This document shows positions 28,748-36,786 of a stretch of 52,626 bases of DNA, in pieces. The DNA is taken from positions 1 through 52,626 of IMG/VR virus record IMGVR_UViG_3300032332_000345. One strand, given 5' to 3'. Positions within the stretch are counted from its first letter, which is position 1; each line of letters opens with the position of its first letter. The DNA is from a virus. Its lineage: Duplodnaviria > Caudoviricetes. The position numbers and the translations under genes are program-made. The notes beneath the pieces were generated by a model. It searched no databases. It worked only from the letters and a program-made list of their open reading frames with translations, and had not been told where the DNA came from.

Positions 28748-29066
28748 CTACTCCTCCTGCTTGTTGATATACATATTCTATTTTCATGTCAGCTAATAGT
28801 TTCTCTAACTGTGTATTAGTTTCTTTATATCGTCTAGCGTAGTGCCAATTGATACGTTTAGATTCTTTACTTTTAACGTGTATCTTCCATGCTATTTTGC
28901 TTATCTCGTGCATGATTGCATTTCGTTCTTTAGCTAATTCTAATGTTTGTGTTGTATGCAATTTAATGTGTTCTCCAATATGAGCATTTACTACGCCCAT
29001 TGATTGACCAAAAAATATCCTGTCTTTAGTTCGCATCTTAGTCATCTTTTTTAACAACCTTGCCAC
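28740..29066 (-). CDS. Hypothetical protein
   Basis: Packed ORF; exact start uncertain. Confidence 0.5.
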   Translation of the reverse strand: MARLLKKMTKMRTKDRIFFGQSMGVVNAHIGEHIKLHTTQTLELAKERNAIMHEISKIAWKIHVKSKESKRINWHYARRYKETNTQLEKLLADMKIEYVYQQAGGVDE

Positions 29067-30210
29067 TTGGTGCTACGAAGTTATTGTTCTGTGTTACAAG
29101 CCATAACGTAGGGCATTTAACGTTCCACGTTATTTCTGATTCAAGGTATCCGTCTGTGAATACAATGATTGCTTCGGCTTCCACACGTTGTTTATTTAGG
29201 TGTTCACTTACGCATGAAACGATAGTCCCACCCCCACCCTGTGGTTTAAGTAATTCTTTGATGTTGTCATAATGTTCAGGCATAAAGACTTGTTCACCAT
29301 GCACCTCGGTGTCCCACCACAACACACGCACTTTACTTGGCGTTGATACAGAACAAATAGAAGCCAGTTCCGATGCAAACTCTGTGAGTTCCTGACCACC
29401 AATCGAGCCTGATGTATCTATCGCCACAATAAGTTCACCAATACTTTCGTTCTCCATGCTTGGTAAATAAATATCATTAGCCATCTGACGTTTGTTAAAC
29501 TTACGCCATGTATATTCATCATTACCTTTGGTTGCACTTGATACAAACTCGCGTAGCACCTCTCGCCAATTCACTTTGGGTTCTAACATATCGCCAATCA
29601 CTCTAGGAATCTTAGCCCCCATACGACCTGCAAGTATGCCACCCTCACGTAAAGCCTTGTCAATCTTGCCTGACATCTCTTTAGCTTCTTCATCAGTCAT
29701 GTTCTGTGCGTCTTCAAAGCCATGCTCATCTAGTGTCTTACCTAGTGATTCACCTTTACCTGAATCCTTGTTTTGTTTCTGTTGTTTCTTCAAGTCTTCG
29801 TATATCTCACGCACCGACCAATTGTGATACTTGGCATCATAGAGACCACCCTCAGGTAACTTGCATAAGTCATGGTCTTTAAGATTCATAATCACATCAT
29901 TGACTGCATAGTCTGTCGCTACGTTGATAGCTTGAGCATTATCTTTAAACTCTTTCTTGAACCTAGGTATATGCTTTAGTGCAACGTGTAAGTTCTCATG
30001 TAATATCAACGCACGTAACTCAGGGTCTGTCAGCTTAGATATAAATTCACGACCATACTTTTTATTAACGCCATCAGTATATGCCGTCACCTTATCATCA
30101 ATGACTGCGTTCTTACCCATGAGCATGACACCTGAATACAATGCCGTCTCACGATGTTTCATCAATGCTATGTGTGCTTTCTTTAGCCTTGTTTCTTGAG
30201 TGATTGCCAT
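29038..30210 (-). CDS. DUF2201-type metallopeptidase plus VWA domain protein
   Basis: AYTDG, HENLH (HExxH), MIDAS DTSGS, GGGT and FTDG motifs. Confidence 0.88.
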   Translation of the reverse strand: MAITQETRLKKAHIALMKHRETALYSGVMLMGKNAVIDDKVTAYTDGVNKKYGREFISKLTDPELRALILHENLHVALKHIPRFKKEFKDNAQAINVATDYAVNDVIMNLKDHDLCKLPEGGLYDAKYHNWSVREIYEDLKKQQKQNKDSGKGESLGKTLDEHGFEDAQNMTDEEAKEMSGKIDKALREGGILAGRMGAKIPRVIGDMLEPKVNWREVLREFVSSATKGNDEYTWRKFNKRQMANDIYLPSMENESIGELIVAIDTSGSIGGQELTEFASELASICSVSTPSKVRVLWWDTEVHGEQVFMPEHYDNIKELLKPQGGGGTIVSCVSEHLNKQRVEAEAIIVFTDGYLESEITWNVKCPTLWLVTQNNNFVAPSGKVVKKDD

Positions 30211-30222
30211 GTCTATCCCCTA

Positions 30223-31296
30223 TTAAAATAATTCGTGATTCTCTGTTGCCCACTTAGCTATCTCTGCATTGTTACGAGCTAATTTCACACCATTCTTACT
30301 ACGCACCATCATGGTAAAGAATACTGCTTGAATCTCGCTACTCTCAATGCGATTCACAAACTTCATGAATGATGATAAGTCCTCTTGGGTTGCTAGGTTA
30401 TCTGTCGCTTGGAACATCAACATCAATAATGCAGAAGTCTCTGTTGGCATAGCCACATCACTTGGTTTCTCAATGATGTCTTTGAAACGAGGTAATGATT
30501 TCTCTACCGATAGGAACGCACTCATATCTGCTGATGCACTCGCACCGATAGTCCCTGCCAACGCACACATGACTGCATTGTCGCCTAGCACCTCTTTGTT
30601 ATCCACGATGACTGATGCCTTAGCCAATGAACGTGGTGAACAGAATGACAACACTGCTTTACTTGGTTGAAAGATATATGGGTTGTCTGCTTGGTCACCC
30701 TCTGTATAACTTGCCAATGACCTAGGAAACATATACACCCATGCTCTGATTAACGGATTGATTGCATTGTCCGTTGCCCATTTCAACCACGTATCAACAT
30801 CAGGCTTCTGCATCTTTAATATACATACACGATTGCCTGCATGAGCCAACATACTGTCACCCACTCCGTCACTTGCATTGTTACTTGTCGCGAAAACTAT
30901 CGATTCACGTGGTAGTGAAACGTCACCCACAGTTCTCTCTAACATCAATCTTGTGAATATGACTTGCAATAGCTTTGGTGATTTCATAAACTCATCGAGT
31001 AAGATAACCTTAGGCTTTGGTGAATCTAGTTTAAACAATTTACCCACGTAGCTATCCAACGTCTTAGTATCATGATTGGGTATCGTCATAGCAATATCAC
31101 TCATGTCTTTCACAGGGCAATCTACATAAATGTAGTCATACTTGTCACCCAAATCTTCTTCAAGCATTTTTAGTATTGATGTCTTACCACAACCAGGCTC
31201 AGATTGGATTACAGGCGTAAGTTCCTTACCTATCGTGGGTATGAGTTTCCTTAGTTCATCGATTGTTACATTACTTACTGTATTGATTGTTGCCAT
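30223..31296 (-). CDS. MoxR-like AAA+ ATPase
   Basis: PGCGKT Walker A, ILLDE Walker B, ATSN sensor, SPRS sensor 2; adjacent to the VWA gene. Confidence 0.85.
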   Translation of the reverse strand: MATINTVSNVTIDELRKLIPTIGKELTPVIQSEPGCGKTSILKMLEEDLGDKYDYIYVDCPVKDMSDIAMTIPNHDTKTLDSYVGKLFKLDSPKPKVILLDEFMKSPKLLQVIFTRLMLERTVGDVSLPRESIVFATSNNASDGVGDSMLAHAGNRVCILKMQKPDVDTWLKWATDNAINPLIRAWVYMFPRSLASYTEGDQADNPYIFQPSKAVLSFCSPRSLAKASVIVDNKEVLGDNAVMCALAGTIGASASADMSAFLSVEKSLPRFKDIIEKPSDVAMPTETSALLMLMFQATDNLATQEDLSSFMKFVNRIESSEIQAVFFTMMVRSKNGVKLARNNAEIAKWATENHELF

Positions 31297-31307
31297 GCTA
31301 TGTCTCC

Positions 31308-32237
31308 TTAGAATTTAAATTTAGATAAGATGTCATCAACGTCATTCTTTACTCTGTCACGCACCATATCATTCTCTCTGATTAAGTCTGAATCTACTCC
31401 ACTTAGTGTTCGTTCTAGTCCTAATACTGCACTGCTTAACTTACTGCTTACTTCATTATCTACAGGCCTAAAGTCTTTAAACGTATTGCATAAGTCCTTA
31501 GCTTTTTCCAACGTGGATTCATAAATCTTACGTCGTTTAGTTTTCGTTTCACCTGACTGTGAATCCTTAATCTCATCAACACCACAACAATGACTGATAC
31601 TTTCCATCACTTCCGTTAAGCGTTCTACTTGCTCATTTAAGATACCAGTTATAATGCCCTCAGCTTGTCTCTCATACTGACCTTTTAAATCCTCAGCTAT
31701 GTCGTTACTAATCTGACAACGCCAATCATGAGCAGGCACTTCGGCTACGTATAGCTTTATCCCAAATTTATTTCTTACCTCACTTGCACTTGGGTAATCA
31801 TTAGCGTTAAACATATCGCCTGCTTTGAAAGCCATGTTCGATACAATCGCTTGGTAGTTGTTTATGAAACTGTCTAGTAACCTATTGAATTCTACGTCGT
31901 GGTCATTGAATTCTTTTTTGAATTTCTCTAGGTTGATGACAGGCAATATGTCTTGAGCATTGTTCCACCTAAACGTGCTACGCTTGAGCCAGTTGTATAT
32001 CGTCTGCCTGTAGTTCGCTACGCGTTTATGAAATTGGTCATCAGCTAAGAGATTCTTAACAAATCTGCCTGCACTGCTCGTTGCTTTCTTAGCGTGAGTT
32101 ACCTCGTCACTTATCCCTCTGTCTTGCTTTGTTGCTGACCATACATTGACATCGACTGATACTAATACTGCTGACGTTGCCAACGATATGATATGGTTCG
32201 GTTGTTGCATCTCAAACTTCAAGACGTTTGCTTCCAT
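31308..32237 (-). CDS. DUF3150-like helical protein
   Basis: N-terminal LVSVDVNVW; DYP motif; synteny with the AAA/VWA pair. Confidence 0.55.
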   Translation of the reverse strand: MEANVLKFEMQQPNHIISLATSAVLVSVDVNVWSATKQDRGISDEVTHAKKATSSAGRFVKNLLADDQFHKRVANYRQTIYNWLKRSTFRWNNAQDILPVINLEKFKKEFNDHDVEFNRLLDSFINNYQAIVSNMAFKAGDMFNANDYPSASEVRNKFGIKLYVAEVPAHDWRCQISNDIAEDLKGQYERQAEGIITGILNEQVERLTEVMESISHCCGVDEIKDSQSGETKTKRRKIYESTLEKAKDLCNTFKDFRPVDNEVSSKLSSAVLGLERTLSGVDSDLIRENDMVRDRVKNDVDDILSKFKF

Positions 32238-32258
32238 GTCTATCTCCTTATGTTGTTG

Positions 32259-32274
32259 TTCACGTTGTCGTGAA
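32259..32274. promoter_or_regulatory. Palindrome TTCACG-N4-CGTGAA, copy 1
   Basis: Also at 34862-34877; variant at 35478-35493. Confidence 0.55.
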
Positions 32275-32320
32275 TTGTTTAATTACCATCATCTATAACT
32301 TTCTTACCCCATGTCTATAC

Positions 32321-32349
32321 AGTATAGCATAACTTGACATATAAACATA
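32321..32349 (-). promoter_or_regulatory. Extended -10 promoter with conserved 18-bp upstream box, copy 1
   Basis: Minus strand TATGTTTATATGTCAAGT-TA-TGC-TATACT; same box and spacing at 34942-34970. Confidence 0.7.
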
Positions 32350-32363
32350 GCACTTGAAATAAA

Positions 32364-32816
32364 CTATATATTCATCTCTATACTCCTAGATACATACATA
32401 ATATTCCAAGGGTCATACCCTCCACCACGTTCCTCAACATCATCAGTTTCCTCACCGATTCTAATGAACGCACATGACACAGGATTATTCATAGTCTCAC
32501 TACCATACTGCTCTGCATACTCCTCAGCTATTTCATACAACCTTTCATGAGCCTTAACATCTGCATATGATTCATACCATTTCAAACCATCTTCATAAAA
32601 CGCTATAGTCCTATTCTCTTTATTCACAGTTAGGTGAACGTTTATATCATAGGTGCTATCAAAGCATTTCCCTGCTACCTCGTCTTGTTGCATCTCGGTC
32701 AGCATAAGTAAGAATATCCCATCAGCACTTAGATTTTTTTCTTCCTCCGTTGCGTTCTCACCAAGATTAACTTCGTCTACTCTGACACCATATGCGACGT
32801 CACTCCGATAGCCCAT
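32364..32816 (-). CDS. Acidic hypothetical early protein
   Basis: GGAGGA RBS; MGYRSDV...FIRIGEE. Confidence 0.7.
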   Translation of the reverse strand: MGYRSDVAYGVRVDEVNLGENATEEEKNLSADGIFLLMLTEMQQDEVAGKCFDSTYDINVHLTVNKENRTIAFYEDGLKWYESYADVKAHERLYEIAEEYAEQYGSETMNNPVSCAFIRIGEETDDVEERGGGYDPWNIMYVSRSIEMNI

Positions 32817-32817
32817 G

Positions 32818-33018
32818 TTATTTGTCCTCCACAGCTCTCAAGCGTTTAGAATAATAGATAGCATCTTGTATAGCTTGCCACTCAAACATATTCTTTTGCT
32901 TAGCTATCTCAATCAACTCCTCATCTTGTAATTGTTTCTGATGCCACATCGCGTCAATCTCATCTTGTTCCATTTGTTCCTCCTGTTGTTTAATTAACCA
33001 TTCTTTAACCTTACCCAT
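32818..33018 (-). CDS. Hypothetical early protein
   Basis: GAGGGAG RBS. Confidence 0.55.
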   Translation of the reverse strand: MGKVKEWLIKQQEEQMEQDEIDAMWHQKQLQDEELIEIAKQKNMFEWQAIQDAIYYSKRLRAVEDK

Positions 33019-33253
33019 GTAAATCTCCCTCGTCTAAGTTATCGTGTGATTCACCATTAAGTGAACGGATATAATGCAAGAGTTCTCTACTTACCTCATA
33101 CCTACCATGCACTATGTCTTCCGTTCCGTCTGTTAGTTCGTCTAACCCATTGACAATCTCAGCGTCATGTTTCAGTTCGTCTTTGAGCCATCGTGTTATG
33201 TTATCTACCATACCTTTATACTTTAGTGGTCGTGCCATGATTAGTCCTCGCAA
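33011..33253 (-). CDS. Hypothetical early protein
   Basis: Packed ORF; true start probably the internal MARPLK. Confidence 0.55.
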   Translation of the reverse strand: MRGLIMARPLKYKGMVDNITRWLKDELKHDAEIVNGLDELTDGTEDIVHGRYEVSRELLHYIRSLNGESHDNLDEGDLHG

Positions 33254-33528
33254 CTTCCATTAATACATTTAGATTCTAAGATTTCTTTTTCTAGTTCCTC
33301 GACTGCCTTGTTGTTTAATACTTCATAGGCATACTCTTTAACCTCGCTATACACCTCGCCCTCGATGACATCTAACTTGCATAGCAACCCTTTGTCTGCC
33401 ACGTGGTCTTTAATAACTGACGCAATATATGTCTCGCCTGTTATATCCTCACCCCATGATTCGATGTCGTCTAACTTTGCTTTCGGTATGCTTACCTCTA
33501 CTATTGCTAAAAACTTTATTGTTTCCAT
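33241..33528 (-). CDS. Acidic hypothetical early protein
   Basis: AAGGAGA RBS. Confidence 0.6.
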   Translation of the reverse strand: METIKFLAIVEVSIPKAKLDDIESWGEDITGETYIASVIKDHVADKGLLCKLDVIEGEVYSEVKEYAYEVLNNKAVEELEKEILESKCINGSCED

Positions 33529-33529
33529 G

Positions 33530-33691
33530 TTATTCTCCTTGTTTAATATCTACTGTGTGAATCTGTCCTGCTACTTCTTGCCACCTTTCAGGGTGACGCA
33601 TCGCTTCTAACTCTGCTTCTTTACTACTATGTGCTACGATATGAACCTCATACACAATGCTTTCTTCTAGCTTTACTATATAGTTCTTCAT
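33530..33691 (-). CDS. 53-aa hypothetical protein (not in track)
   Basis: AGGAGGT RBS; MKNYIVKLEESIVYEVHIVAHSSKEAELEA... Confidence 0.6.
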   Translation of the reverse strand: MKNYIVKLEESIVYEVHIVAHSSKEAELEAMRHPERWQEVAGQIHTVDIKQGE

Positions 33692-33705
33692 GCTAACGTG
33701 ACCTC

Positions 33706-34041
33706 CTATTGTTGTGCCTTGTTAATTAAATACCCCACCATTCCTCGATTAATAATTACTTCTTTTATTTCATCAGTATCTAACCACATATCTACTTCAC
33801 TTGGTCTCAACTGCGATTGATGCCTTGTCGTACTTTTTGAATACTTATCCTTGTTGCCTATCCATTTATTTTCTTGGTCATCATATACATACATAGGAAA
33901 ATGGTGTCCATAACTATACACTACAAATAATTTCTTAGCACCCTCGTCCCAACTATGCCACATGCCTTTAGTGTTACTACCCTCAAACTCATCTAAACTA
34001 TTTACATACTCTCTTGCCTTGTTATTTGATACTCTCATCAC
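33706..34041 (-). CDS. Hypothetical early protein
   Basis: AAGGAGG RBS; YSYGHHFP...YSKSTTRHQ. Confidence 0.65.
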   Translation of the reverse strand: MMRVSNNKAREYVNSLDEFEGSNTKGMWHSWDEGAKKLFVVYSYGHHFPMYVYDDQENKWIGNKDKYSKSTTRHQSQLRPSEVDMWLDTDEIKEVIINRGMVGYLINKAQQ

Positions 34042-34189
34042 TGCCCTCCTTATATTTTCCTGTTAATAAATCATCATACGTTAAACCCTGTTCATAAAAG
34101 TTTAGGCACGCACCACATAACTTATCCTCTACCTTGCCATGTTCTTTTATATACTCAGCGTTCTCACTACACCAATTACATGCACTCAT
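34022..34189 (-). CDS. 55-aa CxxC...CxxC protein (not in track)
   Basis: AAGGAGA RBS; MSACNWC...LCGAC. Confidence 0.55.
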   Translation of the reverse strand: MSACNWCSENAEYIKEHGKVEDKLCGACLNFYEQGLTYDDLLTGKYKEGSDESIK

Positions 34190-34200
34190 ATCTATCTCCT

Positions 34201-34398
34201 TTAATTATCTTTGTCGATGACTTCTATCTCAACTCTGAACCCTGCATCTTCTAACCAAGTAATCAATTCACTCTGCACTAGCTTAGCGTCAATGTAGTTC
34301 AACTCCTCATCGCCGTTATCTTGCCATTCATCTACGAGTGAAGTGTTAAAGTCATAAGCCAAGTTCATTGTTACTTTGTATCTCTTTGTTGCTATCAT
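34201..34398 (-). CDS. Acidic hypothetical early protein
   Basis: GGGAGGG RBS; ATGA overlap. Confidence 0.55.
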   Translation of the reverse strand: MIATKRYKVTMNLAYDFNTSLVDEWQDNGDEELNYIDAKLVQSELITWLEDAGFRVEIEVIDKDN

Positions 34399-34604
34399 CT
34401 TACGTTCCCTCCCTTGTTGTTAAGTCCTTTTAAGTCCTCTTGGTTTGTGATGACCATGTAATTACTCTTGTGCATAGGTGCTATCGTGTGCTTTTTATTT
34501 CTTGCATCAACCTCGCCACACTTTAAACATGTTGCATAACCTAACCTATACCTTGCATCTAATACGTGGTCACCACACTTTATACATAGATTTTTATACT
34601 CCAT
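34395..34604 (-). CDS. C4 zinc-finger protein
   Basis: CIKCG...R..LG..TCLKCG; GGGAGG RBS. Confidence 0.65.
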   Translation of the reverse strand: MEYKNLCIKCGDHVLDARYRLGYATCLKCGEVDARNKKHTIAPMHKSNYMVITNQEDLKGLNNKGGNVR

Positions 34605-34652
34605 GCTAACCTCCCTATAAATTGCCTAGTCTGTCTCTGTTTTACGCTTTGT

Positions 34653-34835
34653 TTAGTGAAGTAACGATATAATCAAAATGAACGCTGATATACCCCATGC
34701 TAAAACTTCTGTAATAATAAGTCGTCTTAGTCTGCTCTTTGGGATTGTCACGTATTCACTCATCTCTATTTCTCTGTTATAACTTGACATATAATCTTGT
34801 AGCTTTTTGTTTTTACGATGGTCTGTAAAGTTCAT
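34653..34835 (-). CDS. Small protein with C-terminal TM helix
   Basis: AAGGAGA RBS; first gene after the 34942 promoter. Confidence 0.55.
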   Translation of the reverse strand: MNFTDHRKNKKLQDYMSSYNREIEMSEYVTIPKSRLRRLIITEVLAWGISAFILIISLLH

Positions 34836-34861
34836 GATGTATCTCCTTTGTTATGTTGTCG

Positions 34862-34877
34862 TTCACGCTGACGTGAA
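34862..34877. promoter_or_regulatory. Palindrome TTCACG-N4-CGTGAA, copy 2
   Basis: Same leader position as copy 1. Confidence 0.55.
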
Positions 34878-34941
34878 TTTAGTTAAAAAATGATGCTTAC
34901 TTACTACGTGAGGTGTTACATTCTCTCCCCACATAATAACC

Positions 34942-34970
34942 ATTATATCATTACTTGACATATAAACATA
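34942..34970 (-). promoter_or_regulatory. Extended -10 promoter with conserved 18-bp upstream box, copy 2
   Basis: Minus strand TATGTTTATATGTCAAGT-AA-TGA-TATAAT. Confidence 0.7.
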
Positions 34971-34999
34971 CAACTTTACATATCTTTTTTGTTTTGAGC

Positions 35000-35456
35000 T
35001 GTTCAATCTGTTCAACCGGTTGTTCAAAGTAAACTTGACTAATTGTCAGAAATTTAAGATTTTTAGGTGAGTGATTTATAGCGTTCAAAGGCTTTAAGTG
35101 CTTGTTATATATATAATTTTTAAATAATAATAATAAGAGTGTTTTTTCCTAATGTACAACCTGTTCAACTGTTCAATCTAAATAAAAGAGTGTGTAGTTC
35201 TTGGAGGCGTTTTTTGTTTCACTGCGAAAAGAGACCTCTTACTCTCTACCTCGTCAAAATCCTATACATACCTTAAATCACATTGAACACATTGAACACA
35301 TTGAACAACGCTTTATAATCAACGACTTATAACTTGACATAAAATAACGAAGATTGAACAACGCATTGAACAGGATTGAACAAAGCCTTATCTTTAATTA
35401 AACTCATACAAGATACATCAACTAAGTATATCTTACACCACACATAGCATTGAACA
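35000..35456. repeat. Inverted iteron arrays (TGTTCAA / TTGAACA) with IHF-like sites; putative replication origin
   Basis: TGTTCAA at 35000, 35009, 35021, 35162, 35170; TTGAACA at 35283, 35292, 35301, 35354, 35366, 35376, 35450; AT-rich tract 35104-35136; AATCAA-N4-TTA at 35317. Confidence 0.7.
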
Positions 35457-35488
35457 ACGCATCATTGGATAAACAAATTCACGACATG

Positions 35489-35648
35489 GTGAATGGCTAA
35501 ATAAACTTCTAGGTCATGACTAGGGAATTCCCACGCAAGCGACGTCGACGACACATAACTGGTTTCAATTGGGGTAAGATATAAATTAACGAAGTGTCCA
35601 ACAGAAGCATACTACGCAAACGCCCGCTCGCTACGTAACTGGCATCAA
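35489..35648. repeat. Repeated non-coding module, copies A and C
   Basis: GTGAATGGCTAAATAA (35489) and CGACGACACATAACTGGTWTCAATT (35546) recur at 36383 and 36427; degenerate copy at 35618-35648. Confidence 0.75.
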
Positions 35649-35658
35649 AATTTGGGCC

Positions 35659-35684
35659 AAAAAAAAGGAGGCCCGAAGGCCTCC
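35659..35684 (-). terminator. Rho-independent terminator
   Basis: GGAGGCC-TTCG-GGCCTCC followed by T8. Confidence 0.92.
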
Positions 35685-35695
35685 CTAGTCATTGC

Positions 35696-36301
35696 TTAGC
35701 TAACCCATTTACGGTTAAATTCTGAAATCGCCGTTATGAGCTTTTTGTCATTCGCCGTATCATCACCACGCGCCTTAGCATTAGCGCATTTTTTCTTAAG
35801 GCCATCCATTGTATCCTTAACGGTCTCTGCGAACGTCTTAGTTGCACCGCGAACCCTAGCAACCCCTTCGTTCTTAATGGCATGAATAGCTTTCTTAAGA
35901 TCAGCAAGGCGGTTACTGCAATATTTGCTTACTGAATCACGCTCTGCCTTAATAACCGCATGCAACTGAGGGTTAGATTGACGTAACGCGCCGAAGGCCT
36001 GCGGTGTATAGGCCATGATATTCGCAACGGTTCGGTGATACTTTTCGCCCTTGTGATTATCGAATGCAAGTTTTTCAACAGGTAGAAAATTACCGCTCTC
36101 TACAATAAAATGTTGATCGATCTTAGGTTGATTTTCTGCAACCCTTAATTGATAACCCGCAAATAGATCGGCCTTAACCTCATCTGCAACCTCATCATCA
36201 AGGTTCGGATACTGTTCATAGACTGATCTAGCTAAGCCCTTAAGATTATCTGCGAATGACGCTTGTTGATAAGCTATTTGTTTTAAGTTTAAAGTTTTCA
36301 T
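35696..36301 (-). CDS. Monocistronic early hypothetical protein (~201 aa, helical)
   Basis: GGAG RBS before MKTLNL; own promoter-like element and terminator. Confidence 0.75.
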   Translation of the reverse strand: MKTLNLKQIAYQQASFADNLKGLARSVYEQYPNLDDEVADEVKADLFAGYQLRVAENQPKIDQHFIVESGNFLPVEKLAFDNHKGEKYHRTVANIMAYTPQAFGALRQSNPQLHAVIKAERDSVSKYCSNRLADLKKAIHAIKNEGVARVRGATKTFAETVKDTMDGLKKKCANAKARGDDTANDKKLITAISEFNRKWVS

Positions 36302-36339
36302 ACATACTCCATAAATAAACAGCAAAATTGCTGTGAGAT

Positions 36340-36373
36340 CTTTATCTCATAGGTGATAGGATATGTAAAGTTT
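36340..36373 (-). promoter_or_regulatory. Putative early promoter, copy 1
   Basis: Minus strand AAACTTTACATAT-N8-CTATGAGATAAAG; identical arms at 37269-37302. Confidence 0.6.
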
Positions 36374-36382
36374 CAGGGCCTA

Positions 36383-36451
36383 GTGAATGGCTAAATAAGA
36401 CCACGCGACCGCGCCCGAAACGTCCGCGACGACACATAACTGGTATCAATT
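36383..36451. repeat. Repeated non-coding module, copy B
   Basis: Shares a 16-bp and a 25-bp block with 35489-35570. Confidence 0.75.
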
Positions 36452-36461
36452 CGCTAGCTAC

Positions 36462-36484
36462 AAAAAAAGGGGGCCGAAGCCCCC
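36462..36484 (-). terminator. Rho-independent terminator
   Basis: GGGGGC-TTCG-GCCCCC followed by T7. Confidence 0.9.
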
Positions 36485-36490
36485 AGTTGG

Positions 36491-36745
36491 TTAGTTAAAG
36501 TTTAGTTCTAGTTGTTGTGGGTATCTCCACGGTTGGTCCTCTCTTTCAATCCATTCTGCACCGATGACATTTACATAGTACTCATGGCCTAGACCTGTTT
36601 GCTCTCCCCATCTGATGCACACCTTACCTGAACTACTTGGCTTGTGGGGTTCGGTAAAGTAAGTTACTAAATGATCTACACCATCTAATTGAACTACATC
36701 ACCAAGCTTTACTTCTACTCCTGTCTTTGTGTAAACTAATCTCAT
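36491..36745 (-). CDS. Hypothetical early protein
   Basis: AGGAGA RBS; ends QQLELNF, resembling a beta-clamp binding motif. Confidence 0.65.
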   Translation of the reverse strand: MRLVYTKTGVEVKLGDVVQLDGVDHLVTYFTEPHKPSSSGKVCIRWGEQTGLGHEYYVNVIGAEWIEREDQPWRYPQQLELNFN

Positions 36746-36759
36746 GCTATTCTCCTATT

Positions 36760-36780
36760 AAGAAGGGGGCCGAAGCCCCC
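36760..36780 (-). terminator. Hairpin identical to the 36469 terminator stem, weak U-tract
   Basis: GGGGGC-TTCG-GCCCCC-TTCTT; part of a 23-bp direct repeat (36467-36489 and 36763-36785). Confidence 0.6.
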
Positions 36781-36786
36781 AGTTGA

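Noticed and set aside
35000-36451. Repeats read as a CRISPR or mini-CRISPR array
   Set aside because: Units are 7-25 bp, irregularly spaced or inverted, with no constant-length spacers; no cas operon
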